Assembly: GCA_964016885.1 (NCBI GenBank)
Contig: OZ024742.1
Coordinates: forward strand, 26,536,001-26,600,000
Length of the DNA stretch: 64,000 nucleotides
From: Eledone cirrhosa
Taxonomy: Eukaryota
Direction: 5' to 3'
Part shown: positions 24,101 through 40,615 of the stretch, piece by piece
Numbering within the stretch: the stretch's first letter is position 1
Layout: the number at the start of each line of letters is the position of its first letter
Translations under genes and position numbers: made by a program
Notes under the pieces: model-generated
Database searches by the model: none
The model's input: only the letters and a program-made list of their open reading frames with translations
What the model was told of the DNA's origin: nothing

Positions 24101-26113
24101 ATTGCTTGGATAGATTATAAAAAAGCATCTGATAGTTTGCCACACAGTTGGATTGAAAAATGTTTAGAGATTTTCAAAGTATCCCCCGTTGTCAGGAGGT
24201 TTTTGTCATTCAGTATGAAGACATGGAAAACGACACTCCTTTTGAATAATGAAACAAAATCACTGGAAGCTGGAGAAGTTAATATTAATTGTGGAATTTT
24301 TCAGGGTGACTCTTTATCACCGCTTTTATTCTGCATCGCACTTATACTTTAAAAGTAAAATACTCAATGAAACAAAACATGGATATAAAGTCTATGACAA
24401 AACCATTAATCACCTGTTCTACATGGATGACCTGAAACTATTTGCAAAAAATGATGAACAATTGCAAGGGCTATTATCCACTGTGGAGCAGTTCAGTGAT
24501 GACATTAAAATGGAGTTTGGACTAGATAAATGCGCCAAAGCAACGTTCACCAGAGGAAAGCTGCTAAAGAGTTCAGACATTAATCTTGATCGGGGGAACG
24601 TGATAAGAGAACTTTATCAAGAAAAAACTTACAAATATCTAGGTGTTTGTGAAGGAGACGGAATCAAGCACTCGACAATGAGGGAAAGGATAAGGAAGGA
24701 ATGTTACCGCAGAGTAAGAGCAATCTTAAGAACGGAATTGAATGCAAGGAATAGGATCGATGCCATAAACACGCTTGCCATACCAGTAGTAACCTACAGT
24801 TACAATGTCATCAACTGGTCAAGCACAGAGATCCGTAGGCTCGATACAAAAATTCGAAAATTCTTAACCATGCACAGAATGCATCACCCTGAAGCAGATA
24901 TAGATATAATATATCTCACTAGGAAAGAAGGAGGACGTGGGTTAATCCAGTTAGACATTGCGTTGAAAACTGCAACAATTGGATTATCTACATATCTAAG
25001 GGTATCACATGATTGGATGATCAAACTCGTTTTGAAACACGAATGCATCAAAAGATCATATTCCATTACAAAAGATGCACAAAGATACAGTAATGGACTA
25101 CAAGTTTCAGAAGTCCCATTTACTGCTGAAATGGAAAACACAGAAAAAGCAAAGCAGGTAAAAGTAACTGCAAAGAAAGAAATGCTACAGAAACTGGCTA
25201 AGAAATGGCAAGAAAAGCCTCTGTATGGAAAATACCCAGAGCGAGCTAACAATCCTGATGTTGACAAAACTTTAACCCATCAGTGGTTGGCATCCTCTGG
25301 ACTGAAATCGGAGACTGAAGGACTGTTTATATCGGCACAAGATCAGTGTCTGCCAACAAAAAATTACCAAGCCAACATAATAAAAAATGGGTGCAGCCCA
25401 TTATGCCGTGTATGCAAAAAACAACCAGAGACCATTGACCATATAATTTCAATGTGCAGTCCTATAGCTCCAACCGAATACCTAAACAGGCATGACAGAG
25501 CTGCACAATACATACATTGGATAATGTGTAAGCATTTTGACCTGCCCCATCAAAAGAATTGGTGGGAGCATCAACCACCTCCCATACTTGAAAAAGGTCA
25601 CATCTCAATCTTGTGGAACTTTAGCATCCAAACAGACCGAAAAATAGATAAAAACAGACCTGATATAATACTGAAAGACTTTCAAAAGAGGGTATGCCTG
25701 CTAATTGATATGTCTGTTCCAATAGACAAGAATGTATCTATAAAAACATTTGAAAAATTGAGCCAGTATAAGGATCTGGAGATAGAAATTGGAAAAACGT
25801 GGAAATTGAGAACTAAAACAATACCAGTGGTTGTAGGCGCTCTGGGAATGATACCTAAGGGGTCTAATGATTACATATCGCAAATCCCAGGAAACCCGCG
25901 TATAGGAGAAATACAAAAGATAGTACTAATGGGAACTGCCCATATACTAAGGAAGATTCTGTCAATATAAGTACATCACAAGTCTAAACACTAAAGATGC
26001 ATGTGTGAATATGTATGTTCTTTCTTGAACATGGCGGACCTTGTTGTCTCTTGAGGTCACTGGTTGTGAGTTGGTGATAACTCGTATGAACATAAAGCAA
26101 GATAAATGCAACT

Positions 26114-26114
<1 letters not shown>
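21191..26114 (+). mobile_element. R4/Dong-clade RLE non-LTR retrotransposon, family R4-A, full length, in (TAA)n
   Basis: (TAA)n at 21131-21190 and 26115-26171; 1.1 kb leader; single long RT-RLE ORF. Confidence 0.9.
22320..25970 (+). pseudogene. R4-A polyprotein: RT, CCHC zinc knuckle, restriction-like endonuclease; frameshifts near 23695 and 24345
   Basis: WKSPGKD, NYRPITCL, EQKGC, GIFQGDSLSPLLF, YMDD, CRVC..ETIDHI.S.C, RHD, RPD..D..K..Y.DL. Confidence 0.92.
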
Positions 26115-26170
<56 letters not shown>

Positions 26171-26173
<3 letters not shown>

Positions 26174-26892
26174 GCTGCGCAGGAGCAGGCCCTCAAAACG
26201 AAGTGGTTGAAGCACCATATCTACAAGGAGGAGGCTAGCCCACTGTGCAGAATCTGTGGAGAGAGAGAGGAGACTGTGGCTCACATTGTGTCCGAGTGTA
26301 AACACCTAGCCCAGACCCACTATAAGGGCTGGAGACACGATGTGATGGGCAGGGTGATCCACTGGCACCTGTGCAAAGTAAACAATTTACCACATTCTGA
26401 GAAATGGTATGAGCATAGGCCAGAGGCGGTGATGGAGAACAATCAGGTGAAGGTGCTGTGGGATTTTAGGATACAGACGGACAAAAAACTGGAACACAAT
26501 AGACCTGACCTGGTGGTTGTGGACAAAGAAAAAAGATCGTGCCTGATTGTGGATGTGGCCTGCCCGTTCGACACGAGAGTGCAAGAGAAGGAGAGGGAGA
26601 AAATTAACCGATACCAGGACCTAAAGTGGGAGGTGAAAAGGATTTGGAACTGCCATGAAGTCAAAGTGATCCCGATTGTCATAGGCGCACTGGGGACTAT
26701 CTCCAAAGGTTTCCAGGGATGGTTAAAGAAAATCGGCCCCTTCACGCTTTTTGGAACGCTTCAAAAGGCATGCTTGCTTGGAACAGCAAGAACCCTCCGA
26801 TACGTCCTGAATATCTGAGGCTGCAGGTAGTGGCTTGATATTCAATCCAACGGACTTTCCAGTTAACCAACATCAATGACTGAGATTCAAGG
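26171..26892 (+). mobile_element. 5'-truncated R4-B copy (zinc knuckle, RLE, 3' UTR)
   Basis: Near-identical to 55413-56133; flanked by (TAA)n. Confidence 0.93.
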
Positions 26893-26921
26893 AATAACAA
26901 CAACAATAATAATAATAATAA

Positions 26922-29237
26922 TGTCCGTTTACAATTGTTAAACTACTTATTATAATGTTTCAGGATCAAATGATTATAGATCACTATTGATCTGGTTCAG
27001 TTGAAAATAATTAACTTAGGTAAAAATAGAGCAGCTCATCGGAACTTCAAAGTGAGTATAAATTAAAATAAGGAAAGAATGTTACATGAATGTAATCTTC
27101 CATATATTGGTATTTCACTATGGTGTCTTGCGTATATATATTATCTGCCATTACTGCTCTGATGACTGCCGGTGGGTGGGTAGAGTGTGGGCTAATATAT
27201 GTAAGTATTTCACCTGGTTTCACCATCAGAGCAGTAATCAAATATATCTCGTATAGGATCTCCATGCTATCAGCAAATGACGAAATATTTATAAACCATA
27301 CGGCATATTATAATAAGGCTCTTTCTGAATCTAGTTATGAACAGTCCATTTGACACATACATAAAAGCCATAACACAGCACTTCACCACAACCATAATAA
27401 ACTTAGCACTAGAACTAGAAATACCTTAGCATATAGCCAGATTCGCCAGAATGTTATCAGTAACAGCACCTATGTAGGGAACCGTAATGGTGGAACCGGC
27501 CTGCTTCCCACTCCAAGGAGCAAACTAAAAATCAACCCTAGAATAGGAATAAGCAATGGGATGACAAATAACAAATGCCAAGGTAATAATAACCCTATGA
27601 AGGCCCCTACCAACTCCACTAGAACCCCTAGAAGGAATAGGTCTAGAAATATCCCCTGGCTTAACCCTCCATTCTCATCTAATCTAGCCACTAGTATCCC
27701 TAAACGCTTCTTATCTATCCTATCTAAACATTCACCCCCCCCCCCAACCATAGATACTACAAACTATTTAATATAAACAACATTAAAATCTCATTCTCCA
27801 CAACACCTAACCTGGCTAGCCACATCGCATTAACTTACGATCGTAATAAGCTAATACATTATAACTCCCACACCGCGGTACCACCACACCATCAAATACA
27901 CCACCCCACTACACCAATACTTACTCTAGTAGCACCCATCTAATCCTTCTAGCACTGACCTACCGCTTATTTTAAACTACCCTACTCTCACTAACCGCAG
28001 AAATAACTGCAACTGCCGTTACCCTAATGCATGCCAACTAAATGGACATTGCCTGACACCCAATATAGTTTATAGGTGCACAGTTAAAACTGCTTCGCAT
28101 ACCAGCTCCTATATTGGCTCTACCTCTAACCCTTTTAAAGTACGCTGTAACGCGCACTCTTTTTCCTCCCGAGACCCTAACAACAGATGTTCGACATCTC
28201 TAGCTAGACTCATTAAAAACCTTAAATTAACCAACATTGAACACTCACTAACATGGGATATCTTGGTTTGGGCCCAATCGTTCAATGGACGAAGAAACAC
28301 TTGTGACCTCTGTCTTTCGGAAGCATATTACGTAACTCTATCATGACCTCTACCGATTAACGGTAGAACGGAGGTAACTATTAGCTGTCAACATCGAAGG
28401 GCTAATTCCTTCGCCAACAGAATATTTGACCCAACATAGTCATCTAGCCCCATTTTTACTTGAGTTAATAAGTTAAATAGTTATAGCAACTTAGATAATT
28501 ATAAGTTACATTGTCTCTCAATTAAACAATTTAAAAAATTAGCAATTCTTAACTATAAAATACCCCAAACTTATAATTTCTCGAGGAGTCACTTCCCCTG
28601 AAACGACGCTCTAATTAGTAAGGTAAATATGTCCATTTGTGGCCATCTGGTTACCTATAGGCAGATCTCACACAATGTAGCCTCGACAGAAGAATACTGC
28701 TCGACTATGGCAGGCAATAGATATACCCAGGACACCATAGTGAAATACCAATATATGGAACATTACATTCATATAACATTCTTTCCTTATTTTAATTTAT
28801 ATTCATTTTCAAGTTCCGATGAGCTGCTCTATTTTTACCTAAGTTAATTATTTTCAACTGAACCAAATCAATAATGATCTATAATCATTTGATCCAGAAA
28901 CATTATATGGAGTAGCGAAACAATTGTAAACGGAGATAATTATTATTAATATTATTATTATTATTCTCTACACTCCTTACATCAAACTAAAATAGTTGAC
29001 AATCTTTTAATAATATCTTCGTTGTGAAATTTGTGGTCTTGTTTTGCTTAACTAATGAATATTTCCAGCTCTGTGCACCTAATCTCTGCATGAACCCAGC
29101 AACCTAGTTGCCTTCTTCTGCATATTGCACATTATGCACATGCCTTTACGCTTTGGCTTCTAACTAATTCACTAATCTCTCCTCTCCTATCTCCTCTCCT
29201 ATCTCCATCTCTCTCTTTAAGATTGGTTATTCTTGAA

Positions 29238-29240
<3 letters not shown>
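26922..29240 (+). mobile_element. Naiad-type Penelope-like element, 5'-truncated, with inverted pseudo-LTR at the 5' end
   Basis: RISMLSANDEIF..YYNKAL, WLNPPFS, and CNCRYPNACQLNGHC..IVYRCTV..YIGST..FK.R...CDLCLSE..CQH..FDPT* ending 28439; pseudo-LTR 28700-29240; inverted copy 26922-27150. Confidence 0.88.
28803..28934 (+). ncRNA. Hammerhead ribozyme family H2 (long stem II)
   Basis: GUU-CCGAUGA-GCUGCUCU..GGAGUAGC-GAAA-CAAUU-GUA^AACGGA; the inverted copy at 26923-27045 has a mutated GAAA. Confidence 0.65.
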
Positions 29241-29312
<72 letters not shown>

Positions 29313-29598
29313 AAAAAAAATAACGAAACGAAATTAAATTTCGTTTCGTTTGTAACTCACTTTTGTATGACTGACGCTTAAACAATTAAGTTAAAAATGT
29401 ACATCTGCATACTGAAATACTAGTATGCATATGAATACACACACGTATACATATGTAGATGTACCAAGTCTTTCACTGGTTACTTTACTGTGAGTATCCA
29501 GCTATTCTGTATGTAAACACACAGACAAACCGGTTTTTAGAGTCATACTGGTTTTTGAGGAAACACCTTTCCTCTATTTTCCAGAAAGCCAGACAAGG

Positions 29599-29643
29599 AA
29601 TATTGAACTAGTTTCGTTGTTGTTACAACTCATCAGCAATATT
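29599..29643 (-). ncRNA. Minimal type I hammerhead ribozyme (family H3)
   Basis: AAUAUUG-CUGAUGA-GUUG-UAACAA-CAAC-GAAA-CUA-GUU^CAAUAUU; perfect 7-bp stem I; palindromic stem III AACUAGUU. Confidence 0.9.
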
Positions 29644-30064
29644 TACCTATCTACCGGCCTTTCTGGAGAATCGTAAAAGCACATATCGTTATATGCTTTT
29701 TCTATGAAAATTAGTAGTGGGCAGACCAATTTGCATAGAGTGTGAGTACGCACCGGTTCAACGGAGACGATAAAAACAAATAACGAAACGAAATTAAATT
29801 TCGTTTCGTTTGTAACTCACTTTTGTATGACTGACGCTTAAACAATTAAGTTAAAAATGTACATCTACATATGCATACTGAAATACTAGTATGCATATGA
29901 ATACACACACGTATACATATGTAGATGTACCAAGTCTTTCACTGGTTACTTTACTGTGAGTATCCAGCTATTATGTATGTAAACACACAGACAAACCGGT
30001 TTTTAGAGTCATACTGGTTTTTGAGGAAACACCTTTCCTCTATTCTCCAGAAAGCCAGACAAGG

Positions 30065-30109
30065 AATATTGAACTAGTTTCGTTGTTGTTACAACTCATC
30101 AGCAATATT
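30065..30109 (-). ncRNA. Minimal type I hammerhead ribozyme (family H3), second copy
   Basis: Identical to 29599-29643, 466 bp away. Confidence 0.9.
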
Positions 30110-30575
30110 TACCTATCTACCGGCCTTTCTGGAGAATCGTAAAAGCACATATCGTTATATGCTTTTTCTATGAAAATTAGTAGTGGGCAGACCAATTTGC
30201 ATAGAGTGTGAGTACGTACCGGTTCAACGGAGACGATAAAAACAAATAACGAAACGAAATTAAATTTCGTTTCGTTTGTAACTCACTTTTGTATGACTGA
30301 CGCTTAAACAATTAAGTTAAAAATGTACATCTACATATGCATACTGAAATACTAGTATGCATATGAATACACACACGTATACATATGTAGATGTACCAAG
30401 TCTTTCACTGGTTACTTTACTGTGAGTATCCAGCTATTCTGTATGTAAACACACAGACAAACCGGTTTTTAGAGTCATACTGGTTTTTGAGGAAACACCT
30501 TTCCTCTATTCTACATATGTATACGTGTGTGTATTCATATGCATACTAGTATTTCAGTATGCATATGTAGATGTC

Positions 30576-33191
30576 CGGTGAGGAATACGTAGAGGTGCCG
30601 TAGCCTTAATGCGTGTTTACGCATCATTAGCCACGGCATCCCCAGCCCTCCTTTCGAAGGGTGTTGACAGCAGATGGATCTCCTCACCATAGGAGCCCGC
30701 CTCTTCCAAAGGAATTGGAAGAGCGCGCGCTCCATCTTGGTGAGGGTTTCCCTTGGGCAGGGCACTACGGTCAGGCGGTAGTAGATGACGGACGCTATGT
30801 AGGTGTTCGCCAACTCCGCCCGACCTTTCAGGGATAGATTGCAACTGGCCCACTTCTGGGTCAGTGCAAACACCCTGTTCGTAACCTCCGCACAGTTTTT
30901 CTCCACCTGGAGGTCCGGTCCGAACCAGACCCCGAGCAACTTCACCGGGCCCTCCGTCCAGCATCCGACGACGCCATCGGAGGGCATCGGTCTGCCCCTC
31001 CACGTGCCGAGTTGCAAACCGATCGACTTGTCCCGGTTCAGCTTAGCCCCTGTGAACTTTTCGTACTCCTCCAGTAAGGTGCCGACCGCCTCGATTTCGG
31101 AGGCCGTCGACACCATTACTGTCACGTCATCGGCGTAGGCCGACACCGCTTTCCGCAATCCCGGTTCCAAAGGGATGCCCTGCAACAACTCCATCTTCCG
31201 CAGTAGTGGCTCGAGAGTCAACACATACAGAAGGGAGGAGAGAGGGCACCCTTGTCGGATGGACCGCGCGATTTTGAACGGCTCCGAGAGGTAGCCGTTC
31301 ACCTTGACCCTAGAGCAGATGCGGCTGCTGTGCATGGCAGTGATCCAGCCCCTGAAAACGGGTCCGAAGCCTGCCGCCACTAGCACCGCATCCAGGTAAC
31401 CATGGTCGACCCTATCGAACGCCTTAGATTGATCCAAGTTGATCAGAGCCCCACCAAAGCCGGGTTCGTTCCCACCCTCTCTATGATGTATCGCATGAGG
31501 TGGAGGTTGTCATGGATGGACCTGGACGGGATAGCGCATGTCTGCGCATCTCCCACCAGGTTGCCCACGACAAGCGCCAACCTCTTTGCTAGCACCTTGG
31601 CCAAAATCTGTAAGTCTGTATTTAGCAGAGTTATGGGCCTGAAGTTACTTATTTCGTCCCCCTTGTTCTCGTCCTTCCTCACTAGCGTGACTACGCCCTT
31701 GGTCACAGTACAGGGAATTCTCCCGTTCTGTTTCCAGTTGCAGTAGACCGCCTCGAGGAGATCGGGGAACAAGTCCGGCATAGCTAGATATAATTCGTAA
31801 GGAAGACCATCGAGACCCGGGGATTTGCGTTTGCCGCATTGGCTCAGCACGTCCTCTATCTGAGCGGCCGAAATCGGCTCCTCGCAGGACTTCGCCTCCC
31901 TGTCCGAGAGGCGCGGCAGGCCGTCGAGGTATGGACCGAAGTCCACGTTCCCAACCGGCTCCCCGCCCCTCCCGAACAGTCGGGCAAAGTGCCTTTGAAA
32001 GGCCTCACACATCTGCTTAGGCTCAAGAATCGCCCGTCCATCCAGATCTCGCAAAGACCGGATGGTGGATTTAGGACCACTGTTGGCCTCTGTCACGCGG
32101 GCCCAGCTAACAGCTTTGGTCCCCTCGTTCCCTAGAGCACGTATTTTACTTCGGACAACGCAGCCTTCGTGCTTCGCGTCGAAAAACTGGCTCAAAGCCG
32201 TTCTCGACGCTAGCACTCTGGCCACGTCGCCGCTTCTAATTGCCTCTTCTACTCTATCTATTAGCTCCCTTTCCTTCCTATTCCTATCCGCAGCTAGAAC
32301 CTTACTAAATTCTATCGAGACTACTCTAATCTCTCTCTTTAGAGATACCCACCACCTGCTGTTGACGATCGCTCCAGTCAACCTTTCCTTAACTAACGTA
32401 CTAATCCGATTCCTGTAGGCTCTACTTGCCGGCAAGGACAAGTTGAGCTTCCAGTAACCGGGGCCCTGTCTATGAGTTCTGTCAAGGTTGACCATGCAGG
32501 TCACTAATTTGTGGTCTGAATAGCCAACCATGCGCATTTTTGGACAACTTAAAAAGTCCTTATCCTTAATTCTAACTAAGAACCTATCTAGGTACGACCT
32601 AGATGATCCGCTACGATTTGCCCAAGTCCAGGTTGGCGCAGTCGGAAAATCTAGTCGATATCTATCGGCCAGGTCAAATCGACCGATTAACCCTTTGAGG
32701 CTATTACACCCCACTCTATCGGGGCAGGCCCCTACGTAGTCCCAGCGTGCATCTAGGATACCATTCCAGTCCCCCACTAATAGCAAGGAGCGGGACGTCC
32801 CTAGAAAAGTCTCCAGACGATGGAAGAAGTCCGGCCGCATTGACCCGAAAGGGCCGTAGGCGGCTACCAGCCTAAACGCTCCGCCTTTACCACTGCCAAG
32901 GTCCAGAACCACTAGTCGACCCTCCGGGTCCAAATGTACCATCTGTGTTGCGAGACCCAAATGTTTTTGCAGCAGAACGACAACTCCACCCCCACCTCCG
33001 GGCTGACAGAGAGATGCGTGCATCTCAAAGTCATCAAAGGTGGGGGCCAGCTGTCGCACGTTGCTGATCCGGGCCTCGCAAATAACCATCACATCTATAC
33101 GTTGTGACCTGAGGTCATTTAGAAGCATTGCTTGCTTCCAAGTTGAGCCCAGGCCACGCGCATTTAAACAGCCTACTCTTAGCATAGCCAT
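30576..33191 (-). pseudogene. Tx1-C ORF2 (APE and RT), one frameshift near 31445, C-terminus missing
   Basis: CLNARGL, GDWN, SYLDR, SDH, KSPGLDG, DQSKAFD, RQGCPLS, YADD. Confidence 0.93.
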
Positions 33192-33215
33192 GTTGGTGGT
33201 GAAGAGAAAAGGCAC

Positions 33216-34752
33216 TTACCTCTCTGCGTCCCGGGTATCGGGCTGCACAATTTCCATTAGGGTGGGGGATGGGTTGTTGGGTGGGGTGGTGGTTTGTGGA
33301 AGTGTGGGGGCATCAGTGTGTTGTGTGGTTGGGGAGCTTGGAGTTGTGTGGGTGTTTGGGGAGGGGGTGGGATAGTTTTTTAGGAGGACGCGGTTAATGG
33401 GCCCGACGCAGGGGGGACCCACGTCCTCTTTAAAATTGTTTTTTAAAGTTTTATAGGTGTCCTGTGGGGCCTTAATCATTTTGAGGTGGGGGAAATCCCC
33501 TGCCTGGGTGAAGTTAGGCCCTTGTGTTTTTATTAGATTGTTGTTGTACACAATGTTTAACAGTTTTTTGTTTCTTGTATTTATGTATGTGTATGCATGT
33601 TTTTGTTTTTGTGTGGTGTTTTTTGTTTGCTGTTGTTGTGAGCTCTTTTGTGTTGGTGTCAGTGTTATGTTTTGGGGAGGTTTTTTTTTCATTTGTGTGT
33701 CTGAGGTGTGTTTTCTTTTTTTTCTTTTGATTGTGTGGAAGTGCTCCTCCTCGTCTGACGACGAACTAGGGTCATCCTCCGCGTTGGAGGGGTATATTTT
33801 CGGGTTGTGTTTGCGGTACGGGTGTTTTGGAAATTGTTTTTGTTTTTTGAGTGGAGGGGATGGGTTGGACATTGTTTTGTTTTGGTTTGAGCTGTGGTGG
33901 TTGTTTTTGTAGTGGTAGTTGTGGTGATTGTGTTGGTTGTGCAGTTGTTGGTGGTGTAGGCAGGTTTGGGGTTTTCTTATTAAGTTGGGGACAGACAGCC
34001 CTCAGGTGACCTCTGGTTCCGCAGAGGTAACACGAGGGCCGTCTACCCTCAACGGTAATGTTGATGAAGGTTAGATCATCCAGTATGACGCGTTCAGGGA
34101 TCTGGGCGTTCCTTTCGGGCCTCATTTGAACTACAAGTTCAAGGCTCGTTCCACTGAACGCGTCACCCGATGCCTTTCCCATGGACACCAGCATGTCATC
34201 CTCCAGGTCCAGAAAACCTGTCAAAACCCACCATATGTCCATAATCGGCAGGATGGTGTGGATTTTTATTTGTTGTGTTCTTCTACCCATGTACGTAGGG
34301 TAGAAGGTGTATGCGGTGGATGTGATTGGTTTGATGGACAGTTTCACTGCTGTGTCCCTGTCCTTCATGAGAATGGATAGACTCCCGTAGAGTCTATCCT
34401 TCTGAATGAAGGTGATGTCCTTCATGACGTCTTTTAAAACCAGCTCTATCTCGCTCTGTGATGGTTGAGCTGGTTTTTTACTTTTGTTCGAGATTGTCCT
34501 AAACATGACCGTGTTTAGGAGTCTCTGGCTTTTTAGTTCCGGGGGGGGGGGGGAATGGATTGTGAATGAACCATTTTCTCCGTACACTATATATTTTTTC
34601 GCATCCGCCAGTAGCTCCTTCGCTTTTGTTATATCTACTGGCAGATAGTCGAGGGTTTTCCTTGTCGTCTCGGCGAAGGAGAAATTTTGTTTGTTTGTGT
34701 TGTTGTTGTCGTTGGTGGTGTTGTTGTTATCATTGTTGTTGTTGTCACCGTT
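33216..34752 (-). pseudogene. Tx1-C ORF1 with CCHC knuckle
   Basis: PTYMGRRT and [22 protein letters not shown]; frameshift near 33850. Confidence 0.85.
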
Positions 34753-34767
34753 ATATAAAGAGATAAA

Positions 34768-38103
<3,336 letters not shown>

Positions 38104-38172
38104 ATATATATATATATCTCTATATATATATATACATATATATATTTATATATATATATATATTTATATATT

Positions 38173-38267
<95 letters not shown>

Positions 38268-38348
38268 ACATATATATATTTATATATATACATATATATT
38301 TATATATATATATACATATATATATTTATATATATATATACATATATA

Positions 38349-38396
<48 letters not shown>

Positions 38397-38398
38397 TA

Positions 38399-38443
<45 letters not shown>

Positions 38444-38464
38444 ACATATATATATATATTTATT

Positions 38465-38495
<31 letters not shown>

Positions 38496-38521
38496 TCATA
38501 CATATATATATATATATATTC

Positions 38522-38553
<32 letters not shown>

Positions 38554-38556
38554 ATA

Positions 38557-38605
<49 letters not shown>

Positions 38606-38660
38606 ATATATATTTATATATATATATATATATTCATACATATATATATATATATTCATA

Positions 38661-38691
<31 letters not shown>

Positions 38692-38718
38692 TTATATACA
38701 TACATATATATATATATT

Positions 38719-38759
<41 letters not shown>

Positions 38760-38760
38760 T

Positions 38761-38793
<33 letters not shown>

Positions 38794-38797
38794 TTAT
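38104..38797. repeat. Long interrupted (TA)n microsatellite
   Basis: Direct inspection. Confidence 0.97.
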
Positions 38798-38840
38798 ATA
38801 CGATATTAATAAATGGAAACTATATTTATAAAACCATATG

Positions 38841-38905
38841 TATTTCATTATACATATTTCAAGGACACCATATTAAACTATGGTATGCCTTCATCAGACA
38901 AAATA
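38841..38905 (-). ncRNA. Hammerhead ribozyme family H1
   Basis: Same fold as 1-65. Confidence 0.75.
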
Positions 38906-40550
38906 CAATATATAACAGTTTTACAAATAGCTTTGACGTACCCTTTTAAAATACAACCATTAATTTCCCTAGAACACATAAATATTACTCAATTTTTAAT
39001 AGACACACTATAAAATCAACCTACTGGTTCCACCTCTACAGAATTTAAATTTCGCTTCAATAATCATAAGAATTCTTTCACAGATCCAAACAAAAAATCT
39101 TCAACTTCGCTATCTAGCCTACTATGGGACCTAAAACGAGACAATATTAAATATTCGATGAATTGGAATATTATTTCATAAGCTACTCCTTTTAATTCCT
39201 CTTCAGAGAATTGTGATCATTGTATTGAAGAAATATTCTTTATATTAAAGTCCAAAAATTCCCTTAATCTAAGGAACAATTTATTCAGTTGCTGCAGACA
39301 TAGATTGAATTCAACGTTTTAATATAAATATGAATTTAAAATGTAGTATAAATAATTAAGTAATTTTAGTTAATATATGGAACCTGTCGATAAATCATTA
39401 GATTCCTTTACCTTTTTCTTTTTAAACTTTCTTCCTAAATATAAACAAGGATATACTAAACTACTCTAAAATGTCTATACTTCCAATATCTTAAATAAAA
39501 TATACGTAAGGTAAATTTCTATACTAAATATAAGGTTATCTGTAGAATCATTGGGTTTTTTTAAATTTTTTAAAAATCTTTAAAATTATTTATTTATACA
39601 TATGTATGTGTATATATATGTATGTGTATATATGTATGCGTATATATCTATGTGGTTAGGAGGTATGTTGCAGATATGCATAATATTAAACACATGAATG
39701 GTAATCGTATATATGAGGACATGAATGTTAATCGTATATATTTGTATATATATACTGTGAAATTTTTATGACACAAAGAATGTATAGCAGTGATTAAGAG
39801 AAATCATTTACGTTTTGTATGGCTATATTGTTGGCTTGAGTAAACATAATTTCTATTTTCAGGACGTGTGTATCTATATGTATATATATATACATATATA
39901 TTTGTATGTCTTTGCATAAAATACTGATCTCTATAGCAAGGGAACATTTTGAACTCAGATTTTGATATATTTATCTCAAGTTTTTAAACTAAACATATAG
40001 TCATTATTGAACAATGTTTAATTTCTCATATTATATATTTATGTCCCATTCATGAATATTGATACTTATATTTGTATTATCCATTTCATATAAATTGTTA
40101 ACTCAACTTAATATGACATGACGTAAAGTTTTCATTCCCCCCCCTATCTCTACATAGTATTTCTCTCTCTTGAGTTTTTCTCTCTGTATGATGACTTGAT
40201 ATCTCTCTGTTGCTTTCCTTTGTTTTTCTTATTTGTTCCTTTTCTTTCTTTTTTTATTTTTTATTTTTTATTTCCTCCTATCTTTATTTATCTCTTTCTT
40301 TTCTCCATACATTTCTCTCTCTTTCAGATATCTCTCCAGGTTTTCTTTCTTTCTTTCTCTCTCTCCGTCTTTGTTCTTTTCTCTCTCTCCGTCTTTTTTC
40401 TTTTTCTTTATCTCCGTCTTTTTCTAATTGTGCATAACACTATGACTTATTAAAACAATATAAACAATTCACTATCCAGACAGCCTCCGAAAGTAATGGT
40501 TGTATTTTAAAAGGGTACGTCAAAGCTATTTGTAAAACTGTTATATATTG

Positions 40551-40615
40551 TATTTTGTCTGATGAAGGCATACCATAGTTTAATATGGTGTCCCTGAAAT
40601 ATGTATAATGAAATA
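40551..40615 (+). ncRNA. Hammerhead ribozyme family H1
   Basis: UAUUUUGU-CUGAUGA-stem II-GAAA-UAUGU-AUA^AUGAAAUA. Confidence 0.72.

Larger units (their letters stand above)
29312..30575 (-). mobile_element. Retrozyme-like tandem array (units of 460, 466 and a partial ~265 bp) with a short inverted 5' segment
   Basis: Units start at 29321, 29781 and 30247; each full unit has a hammerhead; 30513-30575 is an inverted copy of part of the unit; abuts (TA)n; no ORF. Confidence 0.85.
30576..34752 (-). mobile_element. Tx1-clade LINE, family Tx1-C, truncated at both ends
   Basis: ORF1 34752-33216 and ORF2 33191-30576; 3' end broken at the retrozyme array. Confidence 0.9.

Noticed and set aside
27158-27164. 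CTGATGA on the + strand as a hammerhead core
   Set aside because: No GAAA or stems follow; it is the antisense of RT coding sequence.
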